Positions 40,423-49,845 of a stretch of 64,000 nucleotides of DNA are shown here, in pieces. A model generated the notes under the pieces. That model was given only the letters and a program-made list of their open reading frames with translations, did not search any database and was not told the origin of the DNA. Each line of letters starts with the position of its first letter. Positions within the stretch are counted from its first letter, which is position 1. This stretch comes from Bacillota bacterium (GTDB lineage: Bacteria > Bacillota > Clostridia > Lachnospirales > Lachnospiraceae), in NCBI GenBank assembly GCA_023387655.1, contig JAEWHR010000072.1:8509-72508 (forward strand), written 5' to 3'. A program made the position numbers and the translations under genes.

Positions 40423-40595
40423 GGTTCTACTCCTTCCACTCTTTATTAACATCATATGACACAAAACGCAAAAGGTGTCATTTCACATGTATAATTTTAC
40501 AGTGTTCTCTTACAATTCGATTGAAATCCACAGTAACATACAGTATACTATGTTCAAGTAAATTGGAAGAAAGAATGAAATGAAGAGGTGATACT

Positions 40596-41696
40596 ATGTC
40601 TGGTTCAAGTTTTGGATCAATATTTAAAATAACAACTTGGGGAGAATCTCACGGAAAGGGTATCGGTGTTGTCGTTGACGGATGTCCCGCAGGTCTTACT
40701 TTAAATGAAGAAATGATTCAGGTTTATTTAAATCGTCGTAAACCTGGACAAACAAAATATTCAACCCCAAGAAAAGAAGATGATATTATAACCATCCTAT
40801 CTGGTGTTTTTGACGGAAAAACCACAGGTACTCCTATTTCCATGATGGTTGCAAATGAGACTGCTCGTTCTGCCGACTATAGTGAGATTGCAAGCTATTA
40901 CAGACCTGGCCATGCAGATTATACTTTTGATGAAAAATACGGTTTTCGCGATTATCGTGGTGGTGGACGTTCATCCGGCCGTGAAACTATTGGACGTGTA
41001 GCTGCTGGTGCCATCGCTGCTGCTCTCTTAAAGGAATTAGGAATCGAAGTTTTTACCTATACCAAATCCATTGGTCCAATTCATATTGACTATCATAAGT
41101 GCAAAAAAGAAAACCTTCTTCTAAGCCCTCTTTATATGCCTGATTTAGAAGCATCTCAAAAAGCGGAAGATTACTTGGAACAATGTATTCATAATTTAGA
41201 TTCTAGTGGTGGAATAATTGAATGCATTATCTCCGGAGTTCCAACGGGAATTGGCGAACCAGTATTTGATAAATTAGATGCCATGCTTGCAAAAGCAGTA
41301 TTTTCCATAGGCGCTGTAAAAGGCTTTGAGATTGGATCTGGTTTTGAAGTAGCGAAACAGCTAGGTTCAGAAAATAATGATGGTTTTGCATACGATGACA
41401 ATGGTAAACTTATAAAATTAACCAACCATTCCGGTGGTATTCTTGGTGGAATTAGTGATGGTTCCGAAATCATTTTTAGAGCCGCTATTAAACCTACTCC
41501 TTCTATCAAAAAGGAACAGCAAACTGTGAATAAATCCGGTGAAAATATTAAAGTTTCTATTAAAGGACGTCATGATCCAATCATTGTCCCTAGAGCTGTT
41601 GTAGTTGTTGAGGCTATGGCTGCTTTAACTCTTGCAGACCTATTGCTAAGTGGAATGTCTTCAAAAATTGAAAATGTAAAGAAAATCTATCAATAA
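40596..41696 (+). CDS. aroC: Chorismate synthase
   Basis: TWGESHG, RPGHAD, GGGRSSGRET, GRHDP. Confidence 0.98.
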   Translation: MSGSSFGSIFKITTWGESHGKGIGVVVDGCPAGLTLNEEMIQVYLNRRKPGQTKYSTPRKEDDIITILSGVFDGKTTGTPISMMVANETARSADYSEIASYYRPGHADYTFDEKYGFRDYRGGGRSSGRETIGRVAAGAIAAALLKELGIEVFTYTKSIGPIHIDYHKCKKENLLLSPLYMPDLEASQKAEDYLEQCIHNLDSSGGIIECIISGVPTGIGEPVFDKLDAMLAKAVFSIGAVKGFEIGSGFEVAKQLGSENNDGFAYDDNGKLIKLTNHSGGILGGISDGSEIIFRAAIKPTPSIKKEQQTVNKSGENIKVSIKGRHDPIIVPRAVVVVEAMAALTLADLLLSGMSSKIENVKKIYQ

Positions 41697-41715
41697 GCTA
41701 TCATCCTATCAGAAT

Positions 41716-41776
41716 AAAAAGGGCAAACAGAAGAACATAAAATCATGCATTTATGTGTCTTCTATTTGCCCTTTCT
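41716..41776. terminator. Hairpin between aroC and the convergent MCP
   Basis: AAAGGGCAAA.AGAAGA...TCTTCT.TTTGCCCTTT. Confidence 0.7.
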
Positions 41777-41880
41777 AATGCTTGAACCGCTAATTAGATG
41801 ATAATTACATCCTTTTACGCTATTCCTTATTAAGGCTGCATCCCTCTCATAACCTATATTTATTTCATATTGTGTAATTA

Positions 41881-43569
41881 CTAGTCAATTTGAAATATTT
41901 CGATTTCGTGTCTTAGCTGATTGGAATATTCATTTAATTTTTTTGATCCACCTGCAATTTCAGATATGGTTGCATTGAGTTCTTCAATTGAAGCCATAGT
42001 TTCTTCTGTCGAAGCTGCATTTTCTTCTGAAATCGCTGAGAGATTTTGAATAGTATCCACAATTTCCTCACGCTCTTTATCAAGAACCTCTGTTTCTTTT
42101 CCAATCGTTGATATGCTATGGATTGTAGATTCAATACCTTCTTTTAGTACTTCAAACTCTTCTTCTGTTTCCTTTATACTTCCACTTTGTATCTTCATAG
42201 CACCTGTGATGGAGTTCATTACCTTTACAATCTGATTATAATTCTCTAATAGTGTTACTAAGACGCGGTCAATTTCATTTGAAGAAGCTGCTGACTGTTT
42301 CGCAAGGCTACCGACTTGATCTGCTACTACAGCAAAACCTCTACCAGCGTCTCCAGCACGTGCTGCTTCAATGGAGGCATTTAATGATAACAAATTGGTT
42401 TGTTCTGCAATATCCCTTATAACATGAATTGCATTTTGAATTTCTTCCACTGATTGATTTGTAATAGCTACCTGTTCACTTGCACGATCAACTTCTTTAT
42501 TTACTTTATCAGCTGCAGTACTTAATTTCACCATATTATCCACTACTACATCTTTTGAAGCATTCATTGTGTTTGCAAGAGCAATCAGTTCTTGGACTCC
42601 CACTCTGATCTGTGAGATACCATTTCCAATCTCTGTAATCGAATTTGTTGCATTCTGCGTATTCTCTGCCTGATCATTGGCACCGGTTGCTATGTCTTCT
42701 ACTGCTTTACTAATGTCTTGTACATTCGTATTTGTTACTTCCGAAGACTGATTTAGGTACACTGACATATCATTTAGTTGCACGGAGGTTTCATTAACAG
42801 CCGTTAGGATATTCTTTAAAGTTAAAGAAAGGTGGTATGCATTATTGCATATTTCACCGATTTCATCCCTTCTTTTTGTTGTTCCATCTTCTTCTGATAT
42901 GTTCAGCTTCCCGTCCGTAATCATACTTACAATTCGATTCGCTTTTCTTAATGCCATAACCATCCTTCTTGCCAATAACGAACAAATCGCAATAATAATT
43001 ATAATCATTACAATGCCAGTTATTATGGTAACACTTGTAGCTCGAATAAGCGCTTTCATAATCATGTCATTTGATTTACCTGCAAATATCATACCTACCA
43101 CGTTATCCCCTTGCTTTAACGGAATATAGTGTCCAGTATAAGACAATCCATTCACAGAAACATTATTCGAAGTGTAAGTTTTACCCTTTAAAACGGTATT
43201 GGATACCACCTCTTCTGCCTTCGTTCCAACAACATTTGGTATGCTTGAAAGTATTCTCACATCACCTAAAAAGAAGGTAACATCTACATTATTCTTCTGC
43301 TTATAATTATCCACGATATTTTGAAGCTTTGCTACAGGAACTTTTCCTTTATATAACTCGCCATCTATTACTGTTAGCTCGTCATCATTCACATGTTCTA
43401 ACGTATTTTGTGCACCATTTACTACTGCCTCTAAAGTCAGGTGCATTTCATCTCTCATATTATTTACCATAGTAAATGTACTTACAACACATAGAACAAG
43501 ACTAATAAGTAAACACGGTATAAATACAATCATAAGTAATCTCTTAGTAAAATTAAACTTTGTTTTCAT
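41881..43569 (-). CDS. Methyl-accepting chemotaxis protein (Cache sensor, HAMP)
   Basis: [30 protein letters not shown]; two TM; RRDEIG. Confidence 0.96.
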   Translation of the reverse strand: MKTKFNFTKRLLMIVFIPCLLISLVLCVVSTFTMVNNMRDEMHLTLEAVVNGAQNTLEHVNDDELTVIDGELYKGKVPVAKLQNIVDNYKQKNNVDVTFFLGDVRILSSIPNVVGTKAEEVVSNTVLKGKTYTSNNVSVNGLSYTGHYIPLKQGDNVVGMIFAGKSNDMIMKALIRATSVTIITGIVMIIIIIAICSLLARRMVMALRKANRIVSMITDGKLNISEEDGTTKRRDEIGEICNNAYHLSLTLKNILTAVNETSVQLNDMSVYLNQSSEVTNTNVQDISKAVEDIATGANDQAENTQNATNSITEIGNGISQIRVGVQELIALANTMNASKDVVVDNMVKLSTAADKVNKEVDRASEQVAITNQSVEEIQNAIHVIRDIAEQTNLLSLNASIEAARAGDAGRGFAVVADQVGSLAKQSAASSNEIDRVLVTLLENYNQIVKVMNSITGAMKIQSGSIKETEEEFEVLKEGIESTIHSISTIGKETEVLDKEREEIVDTIQNLSAISEENAASTEETMASIEELNATISEIAGGSKKLNEYSNQLRHEIEIFQID

Positions 43570-43603
43570 GCTATAATCCTTTCACGTTTCAAATTACAAT
43601 GTA

Positions 43604-43630
43604 ATATCGACCAATTCTTACAATTCATTA
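43604..43630 (-). promoter_or_regulatory. Sigma-28 (SigD/FliA)-type promoter of the MCP
   Basis: Minus strand TAAT-N15-GTCGATAT versus consensus TAAA-N15-GCCGATAT. Confidence 0.65.
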
Positions 43631-44027
43631 ATATGAACTAGTAAATTAGTACTAAATTTTCAGTTATATAGTACCTGTAAAAATATAACTATTATGTAAG
43701 TATCTGACCTTGATTTCTATTTATTAAAATACATTAGATTAATTCACTTATGATTAAAATCTAAATTAGCATCAAATCTTTTGTTTAATTTGATTACTAC
43801 TAAATTTATCTTATGTATATAAAATGATTATGTAAAGAATCCTGTAAAGGAAGCTAGACTTTAAAAATGTATCCTATCTTTATCTCTCTGCATAGAAAAT
43901 ATCGAGCACGTATCCTATTCATATGTCTCATCGTGTTTTTTATCATGTTTCTTAATAAAATAATAATCTACATAAAATTAGTTTAGATTTCCCCATATAA
44001 ATGGCTCAATCTAAACTAATTTTATAC

Positions 44028-44696
44028 CTATAGCCCCTGCTTACTAATATTATCAATGGTACGAATAATATGCTCATGAGCTAGTGTTTCCGCTCTAACA
44101 CCATCTCTTTGTCGAAGCGCTTCTAAAATAGCACTATGCTCTTCGTTGGATTTCTCAGCACGTTCTGGTTTTGATAGTGTAATCTTTCGAATACGCTGTA
44201 CATAATGATGAAAATCTGAGAGAACATGTCTTAAAATCTTACTATTTGAAGCCTCATAAATTAATTCGTGAAATTTATTATCTAGTTCCAAGACTTGCTC
44301 ATGATGTTGCTTCTTAATATGAAATTCTGACAAATAGACTACTTCCTCCAATTCTTGAAGCTGTTCTTCTGATATATGCTCACATGCCCATCTAGCACAT
44401 AAGCCTTCCAAATAAGATCGAATAACGTAAATATCTTGAATATCTTTTTCTGTAATACCAGTTACATAAGCCCCTTTGTTTGGTATGATATTTACTAAAC
44501 CTTCTAATTCTAGTTGCCTTAAAGCTTCTCGAACCGGAGTTCTACTTACACCCAATTCATTTCCTATCGTATTTTCCTTTAGTTCTTCATTTTGAGCATA
44601 CTTTCCCGATAGAATATCCTCTCGAATACGATTAAATACTCTACCTCTTAGGGAATATTTGTCCGTAACCTCTTGTTGTAGTTCTTTGCTACCCAC
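44028..44696 (-). CDS. GntR-family (FadR/FCD) regulator
   Basis: LGVSRTPVREALRQL, DNKFHELI, EEHSAI; GTG start after AGGAGG. Confidence 0.93.
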   Translation of the reverse strand: MGSKELQQEVTDKYSLRGRVFNRIREDILSGKYAQNEELKENTIGNELGVSRTPVREALRQLELEGLVNIIPNKGAYVTGITEKDIQDIYVIRSYLEGLCARWACEHISEEQLQELEEVVYLSEFHIKKQHHEQVLELDNKFHELIYEASNSKILRHVLSDFHHYVQRIRKITLSKPERAEKSNEEHSAILEALRQRDGVRAETLAHEHIIRTIDNISKQGL

Positions 44697-44804
44697 GAAA
44701 ACTCCTCCTGTGCATTGCACATATAACATTATTGTACTAACGAAAGCAAGACAACCCCGTTGTTATTAAACTGTTTGAACAACGAGATTGTCATTTATCC
44801 TATG

Positions 44805-45968
44805 TTACATTGCTTCCATTGTCTCCATAATATAATCAGCGAATTCTGCTCCACTTGCCCCAGTGTCACGTCCCGTTATCACTAATTTTTTCTCAGTAAC
44901 TGTACAAATATCAAGCGCACGATAAAGTTTATCTGCTTCCTTGCTATAACCGATATGTGCAAGTAACATCGCTCCAGCACGAATTACGCTACAAGGATCT
45001 GCATACTGATCTCTTCCTTCATCCACCATTCTTGGTGCAGAACCATGGATTGCTTCAAACATCGCATATCGTTTTCCGATATTTGCACTTCCAGCAGTAC
45101 CAACTCCACCCTGAAACTCAGCTGCTTCATCCGTGATAATATCACCATAAAGGTTTGGAAGAACCATAACCTGAAAATCTTTTCTTCTCTTCTCATCTAT
45201 GAGTTTCGCAGTCATAATATCAATATACCAGTCATCTGCTGTGATTTCTGGATAATCCTTCGCAATTTCACGGAAGATATCTAAGAATTTTCCATCCGTA
45301 GTTTTAATGATATTCGCCTTTGTTACTGCTGTAACTCTAGTTTTTCCATTTGCTTTCGCATATTCAAATGCTGCTCTAATAATACGTTCTGTTCCTTGGC
45401 TCGTAACTACAGTAAAGTCTACACCTAAATCCTCAGTCACATGAACTCCCTTACTTCCAACAGCATAGGCACCCTCTGTATTCTCACGATAGAAGGTCCA
45501 GTCAATTCCTTGTTCTGGAATTCTAACTGGTCTAACATTTGCGAATAGATCTAATTCCTTACGCATCGCAACATTTGCACTCTCAACATTTGGCCATGGA
45601 TCGCCTTTTCTTGGTGTTGTTGTCGGTCCTTTTAATATTACATGACATTCTTTTAATTCTTTCAAAACATCCGCTGGAATTGCAGCATGCTCCGCTGCTC
45701 TACGTTCAATCGTTAAGCCCTCAATCACTTTAAACTCTACCTTACCTTGTAAGATTTCATCTTTCAGTAAGTATTCCAATATTCTTTGTGCTTGGCCAGT
45801 AATTGCAGGTCCAATTCCATCACCACCACACACTCCGATAATAATTTTATCAAGATCCTTATAGTTTAAAAAATCACCTTGTGCCTTCATGTCCTCAACA
45901 CGCTTTAATTGCTCCTCTAGGAGCTTTCCGAACGCTTCTTTTGCAGCAGCTATCGATTCTCTCGTCAT
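44805..45968 (-). CDS. icd: Isocitrate/isopropylmalate dehydrogenase family, probably isocitrate dehydrogenase
   Basis: GDGIGP, RENTEG, KANI, PNLYGDIITDE, FEAIHGSAP; adjacent to citrate synthase. Confidence 0.8.
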   Translation of the reverse strand: MTRESIAAAKEAFGKLLEEQLKRVEDMKAQGDFLNYKDLDKIIIGVCGGDGIGPAITGQAQRILEYLLKDEILQGKVEFKVIEGLTIERRAAEHAAIPADVLKELKECHVILKGPTTTPRKGDPWPNVESANVAMRKELDLFANVRPVRIPEQGIDWTFYRENTEGAYAVGSKGVHVTEDLGVDFTVVTSQGTERIIRAAFEYAKANGKTRVTAVTKANIIKTTDGKFLDIFREIAKDYPEITADDWYIDIMTAKLIDEKRRKDFQVMVLPNLYGDIITDEAAEFQGGVGTAGSANIGKRYAMFEAIHGSAPRMVDEGRDQYADPCSVIRAGAMLLAHIGYSKEADKLYRALDICTVTEKKLVITGRDTGASGAEFADYIMETMEAM

Positions 45969-46029
45969 TTCCATATCCTCCTGTTGTTTATTCCGAAATA
46001 ATTTCCCTACTCTTACCATTACTTTGGAA

Positions 46030-47436
46030 TTATTCCAATGTTACATTTGGCAAATCTACATTGCACTCTGTCTTGTACGTATTAATCATCTCAACTAACT
46101 CAGCATCAGTCATAACGGTAATACGTCCCTCTTCATACTCCTTATCTACTAACAACTTAATCTTATTTACCAAAGGGCTCGACTTATCTAACATCTTATC
46201 CCCTTTAAGTTTATAGTAGGTATTAATCCAGTGAGCAATTCCTGCTAAACCAGAAGTATTGGAAACAGAAACTAAGACCGGACGATTTAAAAACTTCTCT
46301 GTATCAAATATATTATATATTTCCTCATTTTTCAAGAGACCATCTGCATGAATTCCCGCACGGGTCACATTAAAGTTTTTCCCTACAAATGGGGTTCTGT
46401 GAGGAATTTTATAACCTATCTCTTTCTTAAAGTACTCTGCAAGCTCGGTTATTACTGTGGTATCCATTCCATCTAAACCGCCCTTAAGCTGTGCATACTC
46501 AAAAACCATCGCTTCCAACGGAGTATTACCCGTTCTCTCACCTATTCCAAATAGTGAACAATTTACTCCACTTGCACCGTATATCCACGCTGTTGTTGAA
46601 TTAGTTACCGCCTTATAGAAATCATTGTGTCCGTGCCATTCTAATTGTTCGGATGGGACACCAGCATGAGTAATTAAACTATAAATAATTCCTTGTACAC
46701 TTCTAGGGATTACTGCTCCTGCAAAGTTTACCCCATATCCCATGGTGTCACATGCACGAATCTTTACTGGAATGCCATATTCATTTCCAAGTTTCATTAA
46801 TTCAAAACAAAAAGGTATAACAAAACCATGGATATCAGAACGGGTAATATCCTCCAAATGACATCTTGGAGCAACCCCTGTTTCCAAACACTCTCTAACT
46901 ACATTTAAATAATGCTCCATTGCCTGACTTCTCGTCATCTTCATTTTATAGAAAATATGATAATCAGAGCAGCTAACTAAGATACCTGTTTCCTTCATTC
47001 CAAGGTCTTTTACTAATTCAAAATCTTTCTTACTAGCTCGTATCCAAGATGTAATCTCTGGAAATTCATAGCCGCGTTCCATACATTTGTATACAGCATC
47101 TCTATCCTTCTTACTATATAGGAAAAATTCACTCATTCTTATGATGCCATTTGGCCCACCTAATCTATGTAAATAATCATATATGGTTACGATCTGTTCC
47201 GTTGTATATGGAGCTCTTGATTGCTGGCCATCGCGGAAAGTTGTATCTGTAATCCAAATCTTCTCTGGCATTTTATGAGGTACTATACGATCATTAAAAG
47301 CAATCTTGGGTATCTCATCGTAAGGAAACAAATTGCGGAATACATTTGGCTGTACTACATCTACTAACTCATAGATATGTTCCTCTAGAGATAATAAATT
47401 ATTCTGAGGATTCAAGTAAACTTTACGATTCTCCAT
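46030..47436 (-). CDS. Citrate (Re)-synthase (DRE-TIM, isopropylmalate synthase superfamily)
   Basis: IWITDTTFRDGQQ, HLEDITR, HGHNDF, GERTGN, RAGIHADGLLKNEEIYNIFDT; lacks LeuA regulatory tail. Confidence 0.85.
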   Translation of the reverse strand: MENRKVYLNPQNNLLSLEEHIYELVDVVQPNVFRNLFPYDEIPKIAFNDRIVPHKMPEKIWITDTTFRDGQQSRAPYTTEQIVTIYDYLHRLGGPNGIIRMSEFFLYSKKDRDAVYKCMERGYEFPEITSWIRASKKDFELVKDLGMKETGILVSCSDYHIFYKMKMTRSQAMEHYLNVVRECLETGVAPRCHLEDITRSDIHGFVIPFCFELMKLGNEYGIPVKIRACDTMGYGVNFAGAVIPRSVQGIIYSLITHAGVPSEQLEWHGHNDFYKAVTNSTTAWIYGASGVNCSLFGIGERTGNTPLEAMVFEYAQLKGGLDGMDTTVITELAEYFKKEIGYKIPHRTPFVGKNFNVTRAGIHADGLLKNEEIYNIFDTEKFLNRPVLVSVSNTSGLAGIAHWINTYYKLKGDKMLDKSSPLVNKIKLLVDKEYEEGRITVMTDAELVEMINTYKTECNVDLPNVTLE

Positions 47437-47472
47437 GGCGCTTTCTCCTATATTTCAATCATTTTTTGTTCC

Positions 47473-47501
47473 ATTGTATACAATTATACCTTTCATGTCA
47501 A
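47473..47501 (-). promoter_or_regulatory. Promoter with FadR/GntR-type palindrome over the -10
   Basis: Minus strand TTGACA-N17-TACAAT; ATTGTATACAAT perfect palindrome at 47473-47484. Confidence 0.75.
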
Positions 47502-47965
47502 TGAGATATTTCCTTTTTATACATATTTTTTCATAGTATAACGAGTATTTATACATACTGTAAAAATAGTTATACTTATTATGATATCTCAATCCTCTGT
47601 ACCAGCTTAGATTATCTTAATGCATAAAGTTTATATTTTATTATACACTATTACAACGCTGTAATTATATGCATTTAAATAAAAATTATTTGGTAACTTT
47701 TGTTGAGTTAAATGTTATTTTAAAGTAGCTATTTGAGTGATGTTGTTTTTGTTTTACTGTATTAAGATTGGTATATAGATTGATATTTCAGCATTACTAT
47801 TGAAAGATGATATTCCAGATTGCTAAAAAAGAATTGATTTTAAGGATCACTCTTTCAGGATTACATAGAATAATAATGTAAGGTTTTGATAGATTTTATT
47901 ACTAAAACTATTAAAATATAAATGAGATGCAGCAAAATAAACTTTGCAACATCCCATATTATATC

Positions 47966-48445
47966 TTATTTAGAAAACTGATCAATACGCTGTTTCATTG
48001 TTTTATTAAAGTTTGTTACCTTACGGTCATAAGTTTCCTCCATTAATCTACTTTCTAAGAGGAAATCTGCTGTCGCAAGATTATTCGCAATTGGTATATC
48101 ATAAACTACTGCGATACGAAGTAAAGCTTTTACATCAGGATCATGTGGTTGAGATTCTAGTGGATCCCACAAAAATATAATAAAATCAACATTTCCTTCT
48201 ACGATACGTGCTCCAATCTGCTGATCACCACCAAGGGGACCACTATTGAAAGCGCGCACTGGAAGCCCAGTCTTCTCAGCAATTAACTTGGCAGTAGTAC
48301 CTGTTCCACAAAGAAAATGTTTCTTTAATACTTCCTTGTGTTTCTCTGCCCATTCTACAATTTCCTTTTTCTTACCATCATGTGCAACTAAAGCGATATG
48401 CTTAGTCTTATCCATGGTAAAATAGATATAATCATCTTCTAACAT
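47966..48445 (-). CDS. mgsA: Methylglyoxal synthase
   Basis: IALVAHDGKK, GTGTT, SGPLGGDQQIGA, PHDPDVKALLR; start 48445 by RBS. Confidence 0.97.
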   Translation of the reverse strand: MLEDDYIYFTMDKTKHIALVAHDGKKKEIVEWAEKHKEVLKKHFLCGTGTTAKLIAEKTGLPVRAFNSGPLGGDQQIGARIVEGNVDFIIFLWDPLESQPHDPDVKALLRIAVVYDIPIANNLATADFLLESRLMEETYDRKVTNFNKTMKQRIDQFSK

Positions 48446-48731
48446 ATTGTTCTCCTTTGTTCCATTTAGTATAGGCAATCAGATGTTATACAAAAACAAC
48501 TGATATGTAATATTCTGTCCAAAGCTGCTGTTCTCATAACCATATTTTATATCAGTTTTTGTTAAAACATCTGACACATATTTCAACACTTGACAGAATT
48601 ACTATTTTTCATTCTATTTTATCATATCAGAGATAAAACGTTGTTTCAAGCTGTATTTCAAATACAAAACTCTTCCTTTTTTTTATAAAAAATGATATGA
48701 TAAAAGTACTTGAAAGAAAAGAGGTAATGCG

Positions 48732-49661
48732 ATGAGTCAGAATATTATTGTTGTAGCACTTGGCCGAAGTGCATTTGGTGAAACCTTCCCAGAGCAACAT
48801 GCAAATGTAAAAAAAGCTGCTTGTGCTGTTGCTAATCTTGTTGATGCTGGATATCAGGTTGTTGTAACACACAGCAATGGTCCTCAGATTGGTATGATAC
48901 ATACCGCCATGACAGAATTCAGCCGTCTTGATACTAACTATACGGTAGCTCCTATGTCCGTATGTGGTGCTATGAGTCAAGGATATATCGGATATGATTT
49001 ACAAAGTATGATACGTACAGAATTACTCGTACGCGGAATATATAAGCCTGTTTCTACTATTATAACACAGGTAAAAGTAGATCCATTTGATAAGGCATTT
49101 TCTCATCCATCGAAAATTATTGGTAGATACATGACAGAAGCTGAAGCTGCGAAAGAAGAAAAGAAGGGTAACTATGTCGTAAAACAGGACAAAGGTTACC
49201 GCCGTATAATCGCTGCTCCAAAGCCAATGGATATTTATGAAATTGATGCAATTAGAGCACTTGTTGATGCAAATCAAGTTGTTATTGCCGGTGGCGGTGG
49301 TGGAATTCCTGTATTAGAGCAAGGTCCAGTATTAAAGGGTGCTAGTGCTATTATTGAAAAAGATTTAGTAGCTGCAAAGTTAGCAACTCTATTAAATGCT
49401 TCTACCTTACTTTTCTTAACTGGTGTAGACAAAGTCCAATTAAATTACGGTAAAGAAAATGCAACACCACTTGATAAACTTTCTGTATCAGATGCTACAA
49501 AGTACATGAAAGAGGGTTATTTTGAAGAAGGTGCAATGCTTCCAAAAATCGAAGCAAGTGTTGATTTCGTAAGCTCTGGTAATGGACGTCGTGCTATAAT
49601 TACACATCTTGAGAAAGCATTAGAAGGATTATCTCATAAGACAGGTACTATCATCGAGTAA
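48732..49661 (+). CDS. arcC: Carbamate kinase family protein with atypical active-site motifs
   Basis: NGPQIG, SQGYIGY, GGGGIPV, MLPKIEA; ALGGNA replaced by ALGRSA. Confidence 0.8.
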   Translation: MSQNIIVVALGRSAFGETFPEQHANVKKAACAVANLVDAGYQVVVTHSNGPQIGMIHTAMTEFSRLDTNYTVAPMSVCGAMSQGYIGYDLQSMIRTELLVRGIYKPVSTIITQVKVDPFDKAFSHPSKIIGRYMTEAEAAKEEKKGNYVVKQDKGYRRIIAAPKPMDIYEIDAIRALVDANQVVIAGGGGGIPVLEQGPVLKGASAIIEKDLVAAKLATLLNASTLLFLTGVDKVQLNYGKENATPLDKLSVSDATKYMKEGYFEEGAMLPKIEASVDFVSSGNGRRAIITHLEKALEGLSHKTGTIIE

Positions 49662-49711
49662 GGAGATAACTCTTCATTGAAATCTATTGTTGGTACTTGC
49701 CTTACACTCAT

Positions 49712-49748
49712 AAATACCTGTAAGTTTACTCAAAACTTACAGGTATTA
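49712..49748. terminator. Terminator hairpin between arcC and the MCP
   Basis: AATACCTGTAAGTTT-ACTCA-AAACTTACAGGTATT. Confidence 0.75.
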
Positions 49749-49770
49749 TTTATTGTATCTAGGTACAATA

Positions 49771-49800
49771 AAACCACCGGCTAAGCCGGTGGTCATGATT
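49771..49800 (+). repeat. GC-rich palindrome resembling an IS200/IS605 subterminal hairpin or REP-like element
   Basis: ACCACCGGC-TAA-GCCGGTGGT-CATGATT in AT-rich context. Confidence 0.45.
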
Positions 49801-49845
49801 TGCCTCAACAACTACAATATAAATTCCATAATGATTACGAATTGA

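Noticed and set aside
47654..47670. Third copy of the symporter/paaK motif
   Set aside because: Only 12 nt match and far from the predicted promoter; may be chance
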